Shown here one piece after another: positions 49,651 through 59,202 of a stretch of DNA of 64,000 nucleotides. Position 1 is the first letter of the stretch; each line of letters begins with the position of its first letter. This stretch comes from Candidatus Latescibacterota bacterium (lineage in GTDB: Bacteria; Latescibacterota; UBA2968): assembly GCA_965222605.1 (NCBI GenBank), contig OZ244960.1:448001-512000 (forward strand), given 5' to 3'. The position numbers were made by a program, and so were the translations under genes. A model generated the notes under the pieces. It was not told where the DNA came from, searched no databases, and saw nothing but the letters and a program-made list of their open reading frames with translations.

Positions 49651-50967
49651 TCACAACATGTGCAATTTTTGCGACAAATTTTCAACAGGTGTAAACACCC
49701 ACTGGTTTCCAACTTTTACCGCATTGAGCAATCCATGAGCCTGTAGATTCAGCAAATCTGTACGTGCGGTCTGATAAACCACATTGTGGCTATTTTGATG
49801 GCCATAGATCGTATATCGATGGCGAGGATGACGAAGTGCGTGACTCAAAAGTGCGCGTTGTCGATAATTGAACGCGGCAGAATTTTTTAGCACCTGATCA
49901 ATGTCTTCGAATAATCGCGTTTTGCGTTTGACATATTCATAAAATACACCCATAGTTTGCTCAATAACGCGCAATTGATACAAAATAAAATAAGTCAAAT
50001 CATTGTCATCCGTCTCAGTGTACAAAAAGGATCGGCTATATCTTACAGGAGCCTTGCGCAAAATTTGGGAAATAGACAAAAACTTAAACAGCCAGTAGTC
50101 ATTGCGTAGCATCGACCAGTAGAACAGTGCGCGTGCAGTGCGCCCATTGCCATCGACAAACGGGTGGTCATATCCCAGCCAGAAATGCAACATAATCGCT
50201 CGAAGCGCCGGATGAATAAACCAATCTGGCGTTTTGCCATTGGCAAAATCACACATCGCCTGCAGGCGCTCGGGCAGTTCTTCGGCAGGCGGCGGACGGT
50301 GCAAAACCTCACCAGTAATAAGATCGGCAACCTGAACAGATTCTTTTGCATACCGAAAACGACCAGTACCCGAAGGATCGTCTAGTGTATCTTCCGTCAC
50401 CATACGGTGCAGATGAAAAATCAGATCTTGAGTTAAAGGCTGATCTTTCAACTCGCCAATTGCATTCATGGTGAGATAATTATTCAAAATCATCTGCTCA
50501 CTGCGATTCTGTGGGGAGCGTCCAGTGCGGAGCATTTCTCTGGCGACCTGACGTGTGGTTGTGGCACCTTCGAGTTGGCTGGATGTAATGGCCTCTTCAA
50601 TCAGTGAATCCACAAAGTAGAGATTGGAGAACTCAGATGCAGTAGCATGTTCTAGCAGACCAGAAAAACCAAGCCTTCCCAAATCGATTTGATGCAAATA
50701 CTCGAGAATGGGATCTATAATCAAAAAACGAAAAGGGATTCCCGAGCAATCAACAAGTGGAATTTCTTTCCACAATTCCTTGCGGTGCAGCTTAAGGCCC
50801 AACCACCACTCGCGATGTGTCAGTCCCCTGGGGGGCGTTCGATATCGCAACTCATCCCAATGCAAGTAGTCAGACAGATCTACTTCCGAAATCAAATGCA
50901 GAAATCGTTCAGGTTGCAAATCGCGCACCAGATCATCAAAAGCCGGTGGTGTTTGAGGTCTTTTCAT
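49651..50967 (-). CDS. Fic family protein with C-terminal winged helix
   Basis: Motifs SSQLEG, HPFVDGNGRTAR and QTARTDL. Confidence 0.93.
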   Translation of the reverse strand: MKRPQTPPAFDDLVRDLQPERFLHLISEVDLSDYLHWDELRYRTPPRGLTHREWWLGLKLHRKELWKEIPLVDCSGIPFRFLIIDPILEYLHQIDLGRLGFSGLLEHATASEFSNLYFVDSLIEEAITSSQLEGATTTRQVAREMLRTGRSPQNRSEQMILNNYLTMNAIGELKDQPLTQDLIFHLHRMVTEDTLDDPSGTGRFRYAKESVQVADLITGEVLHRPPPAEELPERLQAMCDFANGKTPDWFIHPALRAIMLHFWLGYDHPFVDGNGRTARALFYWSMLRNDYWLFKFLSISQILRKAPVRYSRSFLYTETDDNDLTYFILYQLRVIEQTMGVFYEYVKRKTRLFEDIDQVLKNSAAFNYRQRALLSHALRHPRHRYTIYGHQNSHNVVYQTARTDLLNLQAHGLLNAVKVGNQWVFTPVENLSQKLHML

Positions 50968-51175
50968 AATCTCTGTCCATCCATATATTGAATGCTCATA
51001 CTAATTCTATACTAATATATGTAAAATTAGTATAGAAAACCACCCATACTTGTCCATCAAAATGTGGTTTTTTCATAATCGCTGTCCATCCATATTAAAT
51101 GTTCATACTAATTTCATACTAATATATATAAAATTAGTATAGAAAACCACCCATACTTGTCCATCAAAATATGGT
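50961..51175. repeat. ~109-bp tandem duplication of the fic start/promoter region with an operator-like palindrome
   Basis: Units 50961-51069 and 51070-51175. Inverted repeat TTCTATACTAAT-9-ATTAGTATAGAA. Confidence 0.85.
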
Positions 51176-51235
51176 ATGTTTGGCACAAAACGTCTTATAT
51201 TGCAATATCAAAAATCCAAATAGCTGGAGAGCCGT

Positions 51236-51502
51236 ATGGCTTACAAAACACAATCGCGGGACACAAATCCCAGAGTAGAACGCCTGCTGATCGAAGCGTA
51301 TCGGCGAATGACACCACACGAAAAAGCCGAGAAAATATCCCAACTCTCTCAGGCGTGTACAGACCTTGCAATTGCGGGCATTCGCAGTCGATATCCCGAA
51401 GCAGATGAGCGAGAAATTCGCCTTCGCCTCGGCGCGTTACGGCTACCCCGACGGACCATGATCAAAGCATTTGGCTGGGACCCTCATAAGGAGGGCTATT
51501 GA
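51236..51502 (+). CDS. Small hypothetical protein of a family usually upstream of nucleotidyltransferase toxins
   Basis: SRDT...YRRMTPHEK...GIRSRYPEA...L. Confidence 0.6.
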   Translation: MAYKTQSRDTNPRVERLLIEAYRRMTPHEKAEKISQLSQACTDLAIAGIRSRYPEADEREIRLRLGALRLPRRTMIKAFGWDPHKEGY

Positions 51503-52386
51503 TGGGATTACTCGAAGGAAAAGTAGCGATCATCACGGGCGGTGGGAGCGGCATTGGTCGCGCAACCGCTCGCCTCTTTGTTCGGGAAGGCGCGCAAGTC
51601 GTCATCGCAGACATCCAGGACGATAAGGGCCAGTCCGTAGCAGAAGAACTCGGCTCCAATGCCATCTTCCAGCACACCAATGTGAGACGGGAACCCGATA
51701 TCAAAGCGATGATTGGCCTCGCCGTCACACACTTTGGACGCCTGGATTGCCTCTTTAACAACGCCGGATACGGCGGTGTAGCGGGACCCATTGAAGAAAC
51801 ATCTATTCGGGGTTTTGACAAAACCGTAAGCGTTCTCCTGCGCGGCGTATTCATGGGCATCAAACACGCAGCCCCTGTAATGAAAAAGCAGGGATCGGGC
51901 AGCATCATCAGCACGGGATCTGTCGCGGGCCTTCGCACAGGCTATGGGCCACATGTGTACAGCGCGTGTAAGGCAGCCGTCATACACCTCACCCGCACAA
52001 CGGCAATGGAATTGGGACCTCACAACATACGCGTCAACTGTATATGCCCCGGTGGCATTGCCACCCCCATATTTGCCCCGGTACTGGACCTCGCGCCCGA
52101 AGAATCTGACAAAGCATATCAACTCATAACCGAAAAACTCGCTGGCGGACAGCCTATCTATCGCGCGGGACAACCCGAAGACATCGCACACGCCGCCCTC
52201 TATCTCGCCAGTGATCACGCCTCATTTGTCAACGGTCACGCCCTCGTCGTCGATGGCGGTCTCATCGGCGGCCAAAAATGGGACAGATCCTGGATCGCCC
52301 GAGAGGGGCTTACGTCTGATGAGGATATACGCGAAAAAGGAGGTAAGAAGGAGTCAACTACCACCGCCAGAGGCGGTGGCTTGTAG
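51502..52386 (+). CDS. SDR family oxidoreductase; last ~10 aa supplied by the IS end
   Basis: Motifs TGGGSGIG, NNAG, YSACK, RVNCICPG and VDGG. Confidence 0.93.
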   Translation: MGLLEGKVAIITGGGSGIGRATARLFVREGAQVVIADIQDDKGQSVAEELGSNAIFQHTNVRREPDIKAMIGLAVTHFGRLDCLFNNAGYGGVAGPIEETSIRGFDKTVSVLLRGVFMGIKHAAPVMKKQGSGSIISTGSVAGLRTGYGPHVYSACKAAVIHLTRTTAMELGPHNIRVNCICPGGIATPIFAPVLDLAPEESDKAYQLITEKLAGGQPIYRAGQPEDIAHAALYLASDHASFVNGHALVVDGGLIGGQKWDRSWIAREGLTSDEDIREKGGKKESTTTARGGGL

Positions 52387-52417
52387 CTGTCACGCATAGA
52401 AAGGGCGATTCGCTACA

Positions 52418-53509
52418 TTAGGCTTGTTGACACAAAGCCCTTGCTCGGATGTTCCGAGCAGCGTTGCGGTCAGCATGGTCTTTATGACCACACTGTTTGC
52501 AAAGAAAGGATGCCTGGCTATTCCTATTGCCTTTCTCACAATGTCCACACTCGGCACAAGTTTGGCTGGTGTATTTCGGATCTACAGGGATCACGGGAAT
52601 GCCAGCACGCCTGGCCTTGTATTCGATAAAGGTGCGAAGTTGGAAGAAAGACCAACCAGACATCTTTGCACGTTGAGGCTTGCGAAACCGGTTCTGGCTC
52701 TTGCGTATGCCTTCGAGGTCTTCAAGAGCAATCGCTTTGCCAGTGTCTTTAGCCTTCTCAACAATGCGCTTAGAGATGATATGGTTGGTATTCCTGCGAA
52801 ATCGGCTCTCCCTGCCGGAGATGGTAGAGAGTTTTCTGCGAACATTCTTGGGTCTCTTGCCCTGCTTGACCATATCGGACGCCTTCTGCTGGAACGACTT
52901 CTTCAGTTTGTGCATCTTTTGGCGGACATTTTCAACTGTGTCGCCGGAAAAAGTCTCGCCGTCGTCGGTGACAGCGATGTTCGTCACGCCGAGATCAACA
53001 CCGATAAAATCAGTGGCAGGTATTAGCGTGCCATCTGGAACATCGACAGAGACAAGCAAGAACCACTTGCCGTCTTTGCGCAACACAAGGTCTGCTTGTC
53101 CTTTGGCATAGCCGAACTGCTCACGCTGGTAATTACCCATAAGCATCGGCACAAGCACGCGCCCTTCAAGCGTGAGTAGAGATACCCGGTCTATGCCCTT
53201 GAAGCTATACAGGCGTTGATCGTAAGGCATAGCAGCATGGCGACGAAACGACGGTTGCACTTCTTTGTCGCGCTTATATGCCTCTACAACCTGAGCAATA
53301 CAGCGACACGCCATCTGGGACGAAAGGCTAAATCGCGCACGCAACTCGTAGTAATACAGCTTGTGTAACGCAATGCCGTTTGCCAGCTTGCGCTCATAAG
53401 CCTTCGGTGCAAGCCAATTGGCAGCTTCGTTGAACCGCTCAACAGTAGCTTTTAACTTCTGTGCTGTGTCCGTATCCGGTAGCAGTTGTATTTGTAGAGT
53501 AAGTATCAT
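52418..53509 (-). CDS. tnpB: RNA-guided endonuclease TnpB
   Basis: RuvC motifs GVDLG, ALEDL and ADRNAA. Zn finger TSQTCAECG...CKQCG. Confidence 0.95.
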   Translation of the reverse strand: MILTLQIQLLPDTDTAQKLKATVERFNEAANWLAPKAYERKLANGIALHKLYYYELRARFSLSSQMACRCIAQVVEAYKRDKEVQPSFRRHAAMPYDQRLYSFKGIDRVSLLTLEGRVLVPMLMGNYQREQFGYAKGQADLVLRKDGKWFLLVSVDVPDGTLIPATDFIGVDLGVTNIAVTDDGETFSGDTVENVRQKMHKLKKSFQQKASDMVKQGKRPKNVRRKLSTISGRESRFRRNTNHIISKRIVEKAKDTGKAIALEDLEGIRKSQNRFRKPQRAKMSGWSFFQLRTFIEYKARRAGIPVIPVDPKYTSQTCAECGHCEKGNRNSQASFLCKQCGHKDHADRNAARNIRARALCQQA

Positions 53510-53544
53510 ACTGATGAATATAATCAGTATGAAATGTTTGTCAA
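53507..53544 (-). promoter_or_regulatory. tnpB promoter overlapped by a 9-bp inverted repeat; probably a leaderless mRNA
   Basis: Minus strand TTGACA-16 nt-TATATT-7 nt-ATG. Palindrome CATACTGAT/ATCAGTATG. Confidence 0.55.
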
Positions 53545-53611
53545 CATCAACTTTTACGGCAAAGCCCATTTTCTCTGACCACGCCCAAAGGACGTGGTTT
53601 CTGGAGGAAAA

Positions 53612-54592
53612 ATGAACCGCATCTTAATCTCATTAATCCTCATGCTCTTCATCGCTTGTGGTAGTGAACAATCCGATCCAGAAAAAACAACCATTGCCGT
53701 CATACCCAAAGGCACAACCCACGAGTTCTGGAAATCGATCCACGCAGGCGCAGTCAAAGCACAACGCGAGTTAGACATAGAAATAATATGGAAAGGCCCG
53801 CTCAAAGAAGACGACCGCGAAGACCAGATCGCACTGATCGAAAACTTCATCTCTCGCGGCGTTTCGGGCATTGTGCTCGCACCCCTTGACGACACCGCCC
53901 TTCGCGTACCCGTCGCCAATGCCGTACGCAGCGGCATTCCAGTCGTCATTATCGACTCGGGCCTTCAAAGCGATGACTTTGTCTCCTTTGTCGCTACCGA
54001 CAATTATCGCGGAGGACGCCTCGCAGGTGCCGACATGGCCCAACGCCTGAACCAAAAGGGCAAAGTTATCATGCTGCGTTATCAGGAAGGCTCGGCCAGC
54101 ACAATGAAACGCGAACAGGGATTCCTCGACGCAATAGGCGAGCATTCAGACATCATAATCACCTCATCAAATCAACACGGGGGTGCCACTACTGAAAGCG
54201 CGTATCAAACCAGCGAAAACTTGCTCGCCCCTTTGAAGGATACAAACGGCAAACTCACCATCCAGGGCATCTTCTGCCCCAACGAATCCACCTCGTTTGG
54301 CATGCTGCGCGCCCTGCAAGACGCGGGCCTCGCCGGCAGTGTCATATTCATCGGCTTTGACAGCTCGAAAAAACTCGTCGAAGCCCTCGAAAACGACCAG
54401 ATCCACGGGCTTGTACTGCAAAACCCCTTTAGAATGGGCTACCTCGGCGTCAAAACCATGGTCGCGCATCTCAAAAATCAACCCGTTGAGAAGCGTATCG
54501 ACACCGGTGTTGCCCTCGTCACCAAAGACAACATGAACGATTCAGACATCAAAGATGTATTGACGCCTGATCTGGATAAATGGCTTAAGTAA
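53612..54592 (+). CDS. Sugar ABC transporter substrate-binding lipoprotein (RbsB-like)
   Basis: Lipobox FIAC. Motifs IPKGTTHEFW, IIDSG, VATDNY, GFD and QNPFRMGY. Confidence 0.92.
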   Translation: MNRILISLILMLFIACGSEQSDPEKTTIAVIPKGTTHEFWKSIHAGAVKAQRELDIEIIWKGPLKEDDREDQIALIENFISRGVSGIVLAPLDDTALRVPVANAVRSGIPVVIIDSGLQSDDFVSFVATDNYRGGRLAGADMAQRLNQKGKVIMLRYQEGSASTMKREQGFLDAIGEHSDIIITSSNQHGGATTESAYQTSENLLAPLKDTNGKLTIQGIFCPNESTSFGMLRALQDAGLAGSVIFIGFDSSKKLVEALENDQIHGLVLQNPFRMGYLGVKTMVAHLKNQPVEKRIDTGVALVTKDNMNDSDIKDVLTPDLDKWLK

Positions 54593-54603
54593 ATGGAGCA
54601 AAA

Positions 54604-56079
54604 ATGGTGAAGAGACTTTGCCAAATTGCAATAATTATCATCTCCATCCCTTCAGTCGCACTATCGCAGAACTTACCCAACCTGACTGCGCTGAGCGAAA
54701 CGATTAAGCCAGAGGTATCGTCAATTCGGTCGCTCAACTTTGTTCAGCCATTCACAATACGCTATCAGACAAATGCGGAAATCACCGCCTTCATAAACAG
54801 CGAGTTCGATCAGTCTGTACCGCTAATAATTCGCCAAAACTACGATCTGTTTATCCGTGCCATCGGGTTACATCACGGGGGCATGCCCTTCGACTTCGAT
54901 GCCATGAAAAGGACCTTGCAGGAACAGGTTGGGGCCTATTACGATTCCGCAACCCGTTCTGTCAACTTCCCCATAGGACCAATTTCCATACAAAGTCTCC
55001 AGAGAATCATAGCCCATGAACTTATGCATGTGCTACAGGATCAGCACTTTGGACTCGACAACTTGCTCAACAGCGCAACGAATAGCGATGAATTATTAGC
55101 ACATCAAGCTCTCGCCGAAGGGGAGGCGACGCTGGTGCAATTCCTCTGGTTTTTCGACCGCACTGGACAAGCGATGTCAGATGCTCAACTACAGCTATTC
55201 ATAAACAATATTGTCAACACTGCCGGCAATGAGACGGACGAAATTCCCGATTTTCTATTTGAACAACAAATTGGAATCTACCTTCGCGGAATGGCCTTTG
55301 TATTTGCCCTGAAAAAACGCGGGGGTTGGGCAACAGTAAATCGCGCGTACACCAATCTGCCGATGTCGATGGAACACATTCTCCATCCAGACAAATATTT
55401 CGCGGGAGAATCCCTCGAGGAGATCGCACTTCCAGATTTGACAAATGAACCCTTCGCAGGAGACTGGGAATTACTGGATAAGGATACATTGGGCGAATTA
55501 GGTCTCAGAATTATCTTCAATACCTTTGATGTCAATACCGCATCACACTCAGCGGCCGCAGGCTGGCATGGCGACCAGTATGCCGTCTTCAAACACCGCC
55601 AGGATAACACACCCGCTCTCGTCCTGTTCACGACCTGGGATACGGAACGGGATGCGACAGAGTTCAAGACCGCCTACGAAGACGTACTCGCAATTAAACA
55701 CCGTGGATCTATAGACTTCAGGATTGAGCAGCGAGGGACAGATGTGTTAATTGCTGAATCGTCTCGAGATCTCGATCTGTTATTTGCGTACCTGAAAAAA
55801 GTTCGATTCACCCCCACAGTCGCGCTCGGAGTCTTCGATTTTGACGGCGACTTCGTGATCGGCTTCACAGACTTTCTCCTGTTCGCCGCACACTTTGGCA
55901 AGAGCAGTTCAGACCCGGATTTTGACCCGCGGTTCGACATCGATGCAGATGGTATGGTTGGTTTCTCGGACTTCCTCGCATTCGCGTCTGCTTTTGGGAA
56001 ACAAATTACGCGCAACTCAAAACCCGCTGTCGTGATTGATCCGCACATTATCCACCGCACATTGGGATTTGTCCGATAA
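54604..56079 (+). CDS. Secreted zincin-like protein (HELMH) with C-terminal dockerin-like double EF-hand
   Basis: Motifs GAYYD, AHELMHVLQDQHF, EGEA, EHILHP and AAAGWHGD. Ends DFDGDFVIGFTDF...DIDADGMVGFSDF. Confidence 0.75.
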   Translation: MVKRLCQIAIIIISIPSVALSQNLPNLTALSETIKPEVSSIRSLNFVQPFTIRYQTNAEITAFINSEFDQSVPLIIRQNYDLFIRAIGLHHGGMPFDFDAMKRTLQEQVGAYYDSATRSVNFPIGPISIQSLQRIIAHELMHVLQDQHFGLDNLLNSATNSDELLAHQALAEGEATLVQFLWFFDRTGQAMSDAQLQLFINNIVNTAGNETDEIPDFLFEQQIGIYLRGMAFVFALKKRGGWATVNRAYTNLPMSMEHILHPDKYFAGESLEEIALPDLTNEPFAGDWELLDKDTLGELGLRIIFNTFDVNTASHSAAAGWHGDQYAVFKHRQDNTPALVLFTTWDTERDATEFKTAYEDVLAIKHRGSIDFRIEQRGTDVLIAESSRDLDLLFAYLKKVRFTPTVALGVFDFDGDFVIGFTDFLLFAAHFGKSSSDPDFDPRFDIDADGMVGFSDFLAFASAFGKQITRNSKPAVVIDPHIIHRTLGFVR

Positions 56080-56109
56080 AGCGGCCAAGCCCCGCGCACA
56101 ACGTCCTCT

Positions 56110-57599
56110 ATGTCTTCTGTTTCCAAACATCCGCGCTTTGCCATGCGCGGCATCCGCAAAACCTTTGGCGCGACCATCGCGCTCGACAACGTCGATTTTG
56201 CCGTTTCAGCCAGCGAAATCCACGCCCTCATCGGTGAAAATGGCGCGGGCAAAAGCACCCTGATGAAAGTGCTATCGGGAGCTTTGCAACCCGATGATGG
56301 AGAAATGACTATTGACGGATCGCCCTTTGCACCAGTCAATCCTCTCCAGGCGCGACAGCAGGGCGTAGCCATGATCTATCAAGAACTCTCCCTCGCGCCC
56401 CATCTAACCGTTGCGGAAAACGTCCTCCTCGGAATGGAAATCACGCGACGCGGGCTATTGCAAAAATCAGACATGCACGCCCTTGTTCAAAACGCGCTAA
56501 CAGAACTCGACCATGCCGATATCGATCCCACGCGCGCGTGAGCACCCTCACCATTGCCGAAAGACAAATCGTAGAAATCGCACGCGCACTATCTGTTCAA
56601 TGCCGCGTCCTCGTCCTCGACGAACCCACCAGCAGCCTCACGCGCGCAGATGCCCACCGCTTGTTTCGCGTGATGCAACGCCTGAAAGCGCGTAATTTGG
56701 CAATCGTCTATATCTCGCACTTCCTTGAAGAAATCAAAGAAATCGCCGATCAATTCACAGTTTTGCGAGATGGGAAAAGCGCTGGTAGCGGCCTGGTCGC
56801 TCGCACCCCCATACCCGACATCGTTCATCTCATGGTCGGCAGGCAAATCGACGACTTTTTTCCTCGCTCTAATCGCACGCCGGGCGAACCACTCCTCGAC
56901 CTCACAAACGGCGACCCTCTCCCTCACAGCGCGTCCCTCATCTTGCATCGGGGAGAAGTATTTGGCATTGGTGGACTCATCGGCGCGGGTCGCACGGAAC
57001 TGTTACGCGCCCTCTTTGGCCTTGCGCCCATCCGCAAAGGCAATATCACCTTCGCGCACAACACTGTCCCCGCAACACCTGCGCAGCGTCTCGCTCAGGG
57101 AATGGGATTGCTCAGCGAAGATCGCAAAGACGAAGGTCTCGCCCAATCCATGAGTCTCGCCGATAACCTCACCCTATCGCGCTTGCCCAGAGGGATCATC
57201 TTTCCAAAAAAACTGCACGCCATTGCTCGCCAGTGGATATCTCGACTCAACATTCGCACATCGGGACCTGCACAATCCATTGCAGACCTCTCCGGCGGCA
57301 ACCAGCAAAAAGTCGCGCTCGCCCGCCTTCTCCACCACGACGTAGATTGCCTGCTTTTGGACGAACCCACGCGCGGCATTGACATTGCCAGCAAAGCCGA
57401 CATCTACCACCTGATTGACCAACTCGCAACACAGGGCAAAGCCATTCTCCTCGTAAGCAGTTACCTGCCCGAACTCCTCGGGATATGCGACCGCATCGCC
57501 GTCATGTATCGCGGTCGCCTCGGCCCTGCGCGTCCCGTTGACAAGTGCAGCAAACACAGCCTCATGCTCGAAGCAACCGGGCAGGAGGTTACTGCGTGA
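56110..57599 (+). pseudogene. Sugar ABC ATP-binding protein (RbsA-like), split by a frameshift at ~56530-56540
   Basis: ORF 56110..56541 holds Walker A GENGAGKST. ORF 56538..57599 continues the same first domain (signature region, LDEPT) and the second domain (LSGGNQQK). Confidence 0.8.
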
Positions 57600-58537
57600 A
57601 CCATCTATCGCGCTTTGCTCCCTTGCTCGGCCTATTCGCAGTTTACGGCCTATTTGCCATACTCGGTCCCGACAGCTTTAGCAGCGGGCGCAACCTCGAA
57701 ACCATCGCGCGTCAAACAGCGATTGTCGGCACAGCAGCACTCGGCATGACCCTCGTCATCATCGCCGGGGGCATCGACCTCTCCGTCGGCTCCATCATAG
57801 CCCTGACCACCGTCGCCATCGCCGCATCGCTCCAGGCTGGCCTATCTCCCCTGTTCGCTGCACTCATCGGCATCCTCACAGGTGCGCTGTGCGGCTTTGT
57901 CAACGGCCTGATCATCACCCGTTTTCGCGTCGTGCCTTTTATTGTCACACTCGGCACGCTCTTACTCGTTCGCGGTATTGCCAAAGGACTGGCTGGCGAA
58001 CAGAAAATCGACGCCCCCCTCACCTATCTCATCGACCTGCTCGCAGCTCTCCCGCGCGGCGCGTGGTGGATATGCCCGCCCGGCGTGTGGCTCCTCCTTA
58101 TCCTCGCCCTGCTCACCGGCGGATTTCTCGCCTATACCCGCCCGGGCAAACACATCGTCGCCATCGGATCCAACGAAAACACGGCTCGCCTGTGTGGTAT
58201 CCGCGTCGAAGCCACCAAATTACTCGTCTATACCCTCGCAGGAACATCCGCAGGCATTGCCGGGCTCCTCCAATTTTCGCGCCTCACCGTGGGCGATCCC
58301 ACGGTCGCTGTTGGCCTCGAACTCGACGTCATCGCAGCCGTTGTCATCGGCGGGGGCAGCCTATCGGGCGGCGAAGGCTCAGTACTCGGCAGCGTGGTCG
58401 GGGCACTGATCATGACCGTCATCCGCTCTGGCTGTTCACAAATGGGCTTGCCAAATTGGGTACAAGAAATCGTCACCGGCATTATTATAGTCATCGCCGT
58501 AGCAGTCGATAGATTGAGACATCGGGAAAGATATTAA
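57596..58537 (+). CDS. Sugar ABC transporter permease (RbsC-like)
   Basis: Motifs GGIDLSVG, PFIVTLG and ELDVIAAVVIGG. GTG start after AGGAGG. Confidence 0.92.
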   Translation: MNHLSRFAPLLGLFAVYGLFAILGPDSFSSGRNLETIARQTAIVGTAALGMTLVIIAGGIDLSVGSIIALTTVAIAASLQAGLSPLFAALIGILTGALCGFVNGLIITRFRVVPFIVTLGTLLLVRGIAKGLAGEQKIDAPLTYLIDLLAALPRGAWWICPPGVWLLLILALLTGGFLAYTRPGKHIVAIGSNENTARLCGIRVEATKLLVYTLAGTSAGIAGLLQFSRLTVGDPTVAVGLELDVIAAVVIGGGSLSGGEGSVLGSVVGALIMTVIRSGCSQMGLPNWVQEIVTGIIIVIAVAVDRLRHRERY

Positions 58538-58668
58538 ATACCCACCACATCTCTGTTTTTTGCAACTTATTTGTTATACCTGAGTTAGAAAAAAACATAT
58601 CTTACATCTGCACGTTGCAGACCCGAGCCAACAACATGGCTCATTCACCCATTCTAAGGAGTAACCCC

Positions 58669-59103
58669 ATGCAAACTCGACGTAGCCTCTCCCTCATCGC
58701 CCTTGCCTTTTTGCTGACCACAGCCCCCGCCTTTGCAGGCACAGTCGAAGTGGAAGGCGAAGGCACGCCCGCTCTGTACGTGGTCAAAGTACACGCGGAC
58801 TGGTGCAGTTCCTGCAAGGCACTGGTGCCCATTCTCGACGAAGTCCGAGAAACCATGTCTGCCGAGCCTGTTCTCTTTCTCACATTGGACGTAACCGACG
58901 CAGACCGCACCGGCCAGGCTCGTCTGCTGGCTGCAGCCCTCGGCATAGAGCAACACCTCAAAGCCAACAACAAGACCGGGCTGGTCCTGATCATTAACCC
59001 CGCCGACAAGGCTCTGCTGGAAACACTGACTAAGGAAAACTCCGCCGATGAAATGGTCGGCAAAATCGAGGAACATGTTGCAACTGCGGAAATGGGCGAA
59101 TAA
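58669..59103 (+). CDS. Secreted thioredoxin-like protein
   Basis: Signal peptide ending AFA. HADWCSSC. Confidence 0.8.
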   Translation: MQTRRSLSLIALAFLLTTAPAFAGTVEVEGEGTPALYVVKVHADWCSSCKALVPILDEVRETMSAEPVLFLTLDVTDADRTGQARLLAAALGIEQHLKANNKTGLVLIINPADKALLETLTKENSADEMVGKIEEHVATAEMGE

Positions 59104-59121
59104 ACCCGTAAATTGAGTTGT

Positions 59122-59157
59122 GGTGCATCGCCTTCCACAAACTCTGGGCGATGCACC
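59122..59157. repeat. Intergenic hairpin (REP-like or terminator)
   Basis: GGTGCATCGCC ... GGCGATGCACC. Confidence 0.5.
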
Positions 59158-59202
59158 TGAAAAATCAACTATATCAAAACTGCTAATTATCGGAATCAAA
59201 AC

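Larger units (their letters stand above)
52353..53611 (-). mobile_element. IS200/IS605-family tnpB-only (IS1341-type) element
   Basis: LE hairpin GAAA-CCACGTCCTTTGGGCGTGG. RE hairpin CAAG-CCACCGCCTCTGGCGGTGG-TAGTTGAC. Target TCAT, no TSD, no tnpA. Confidence 0.85.
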
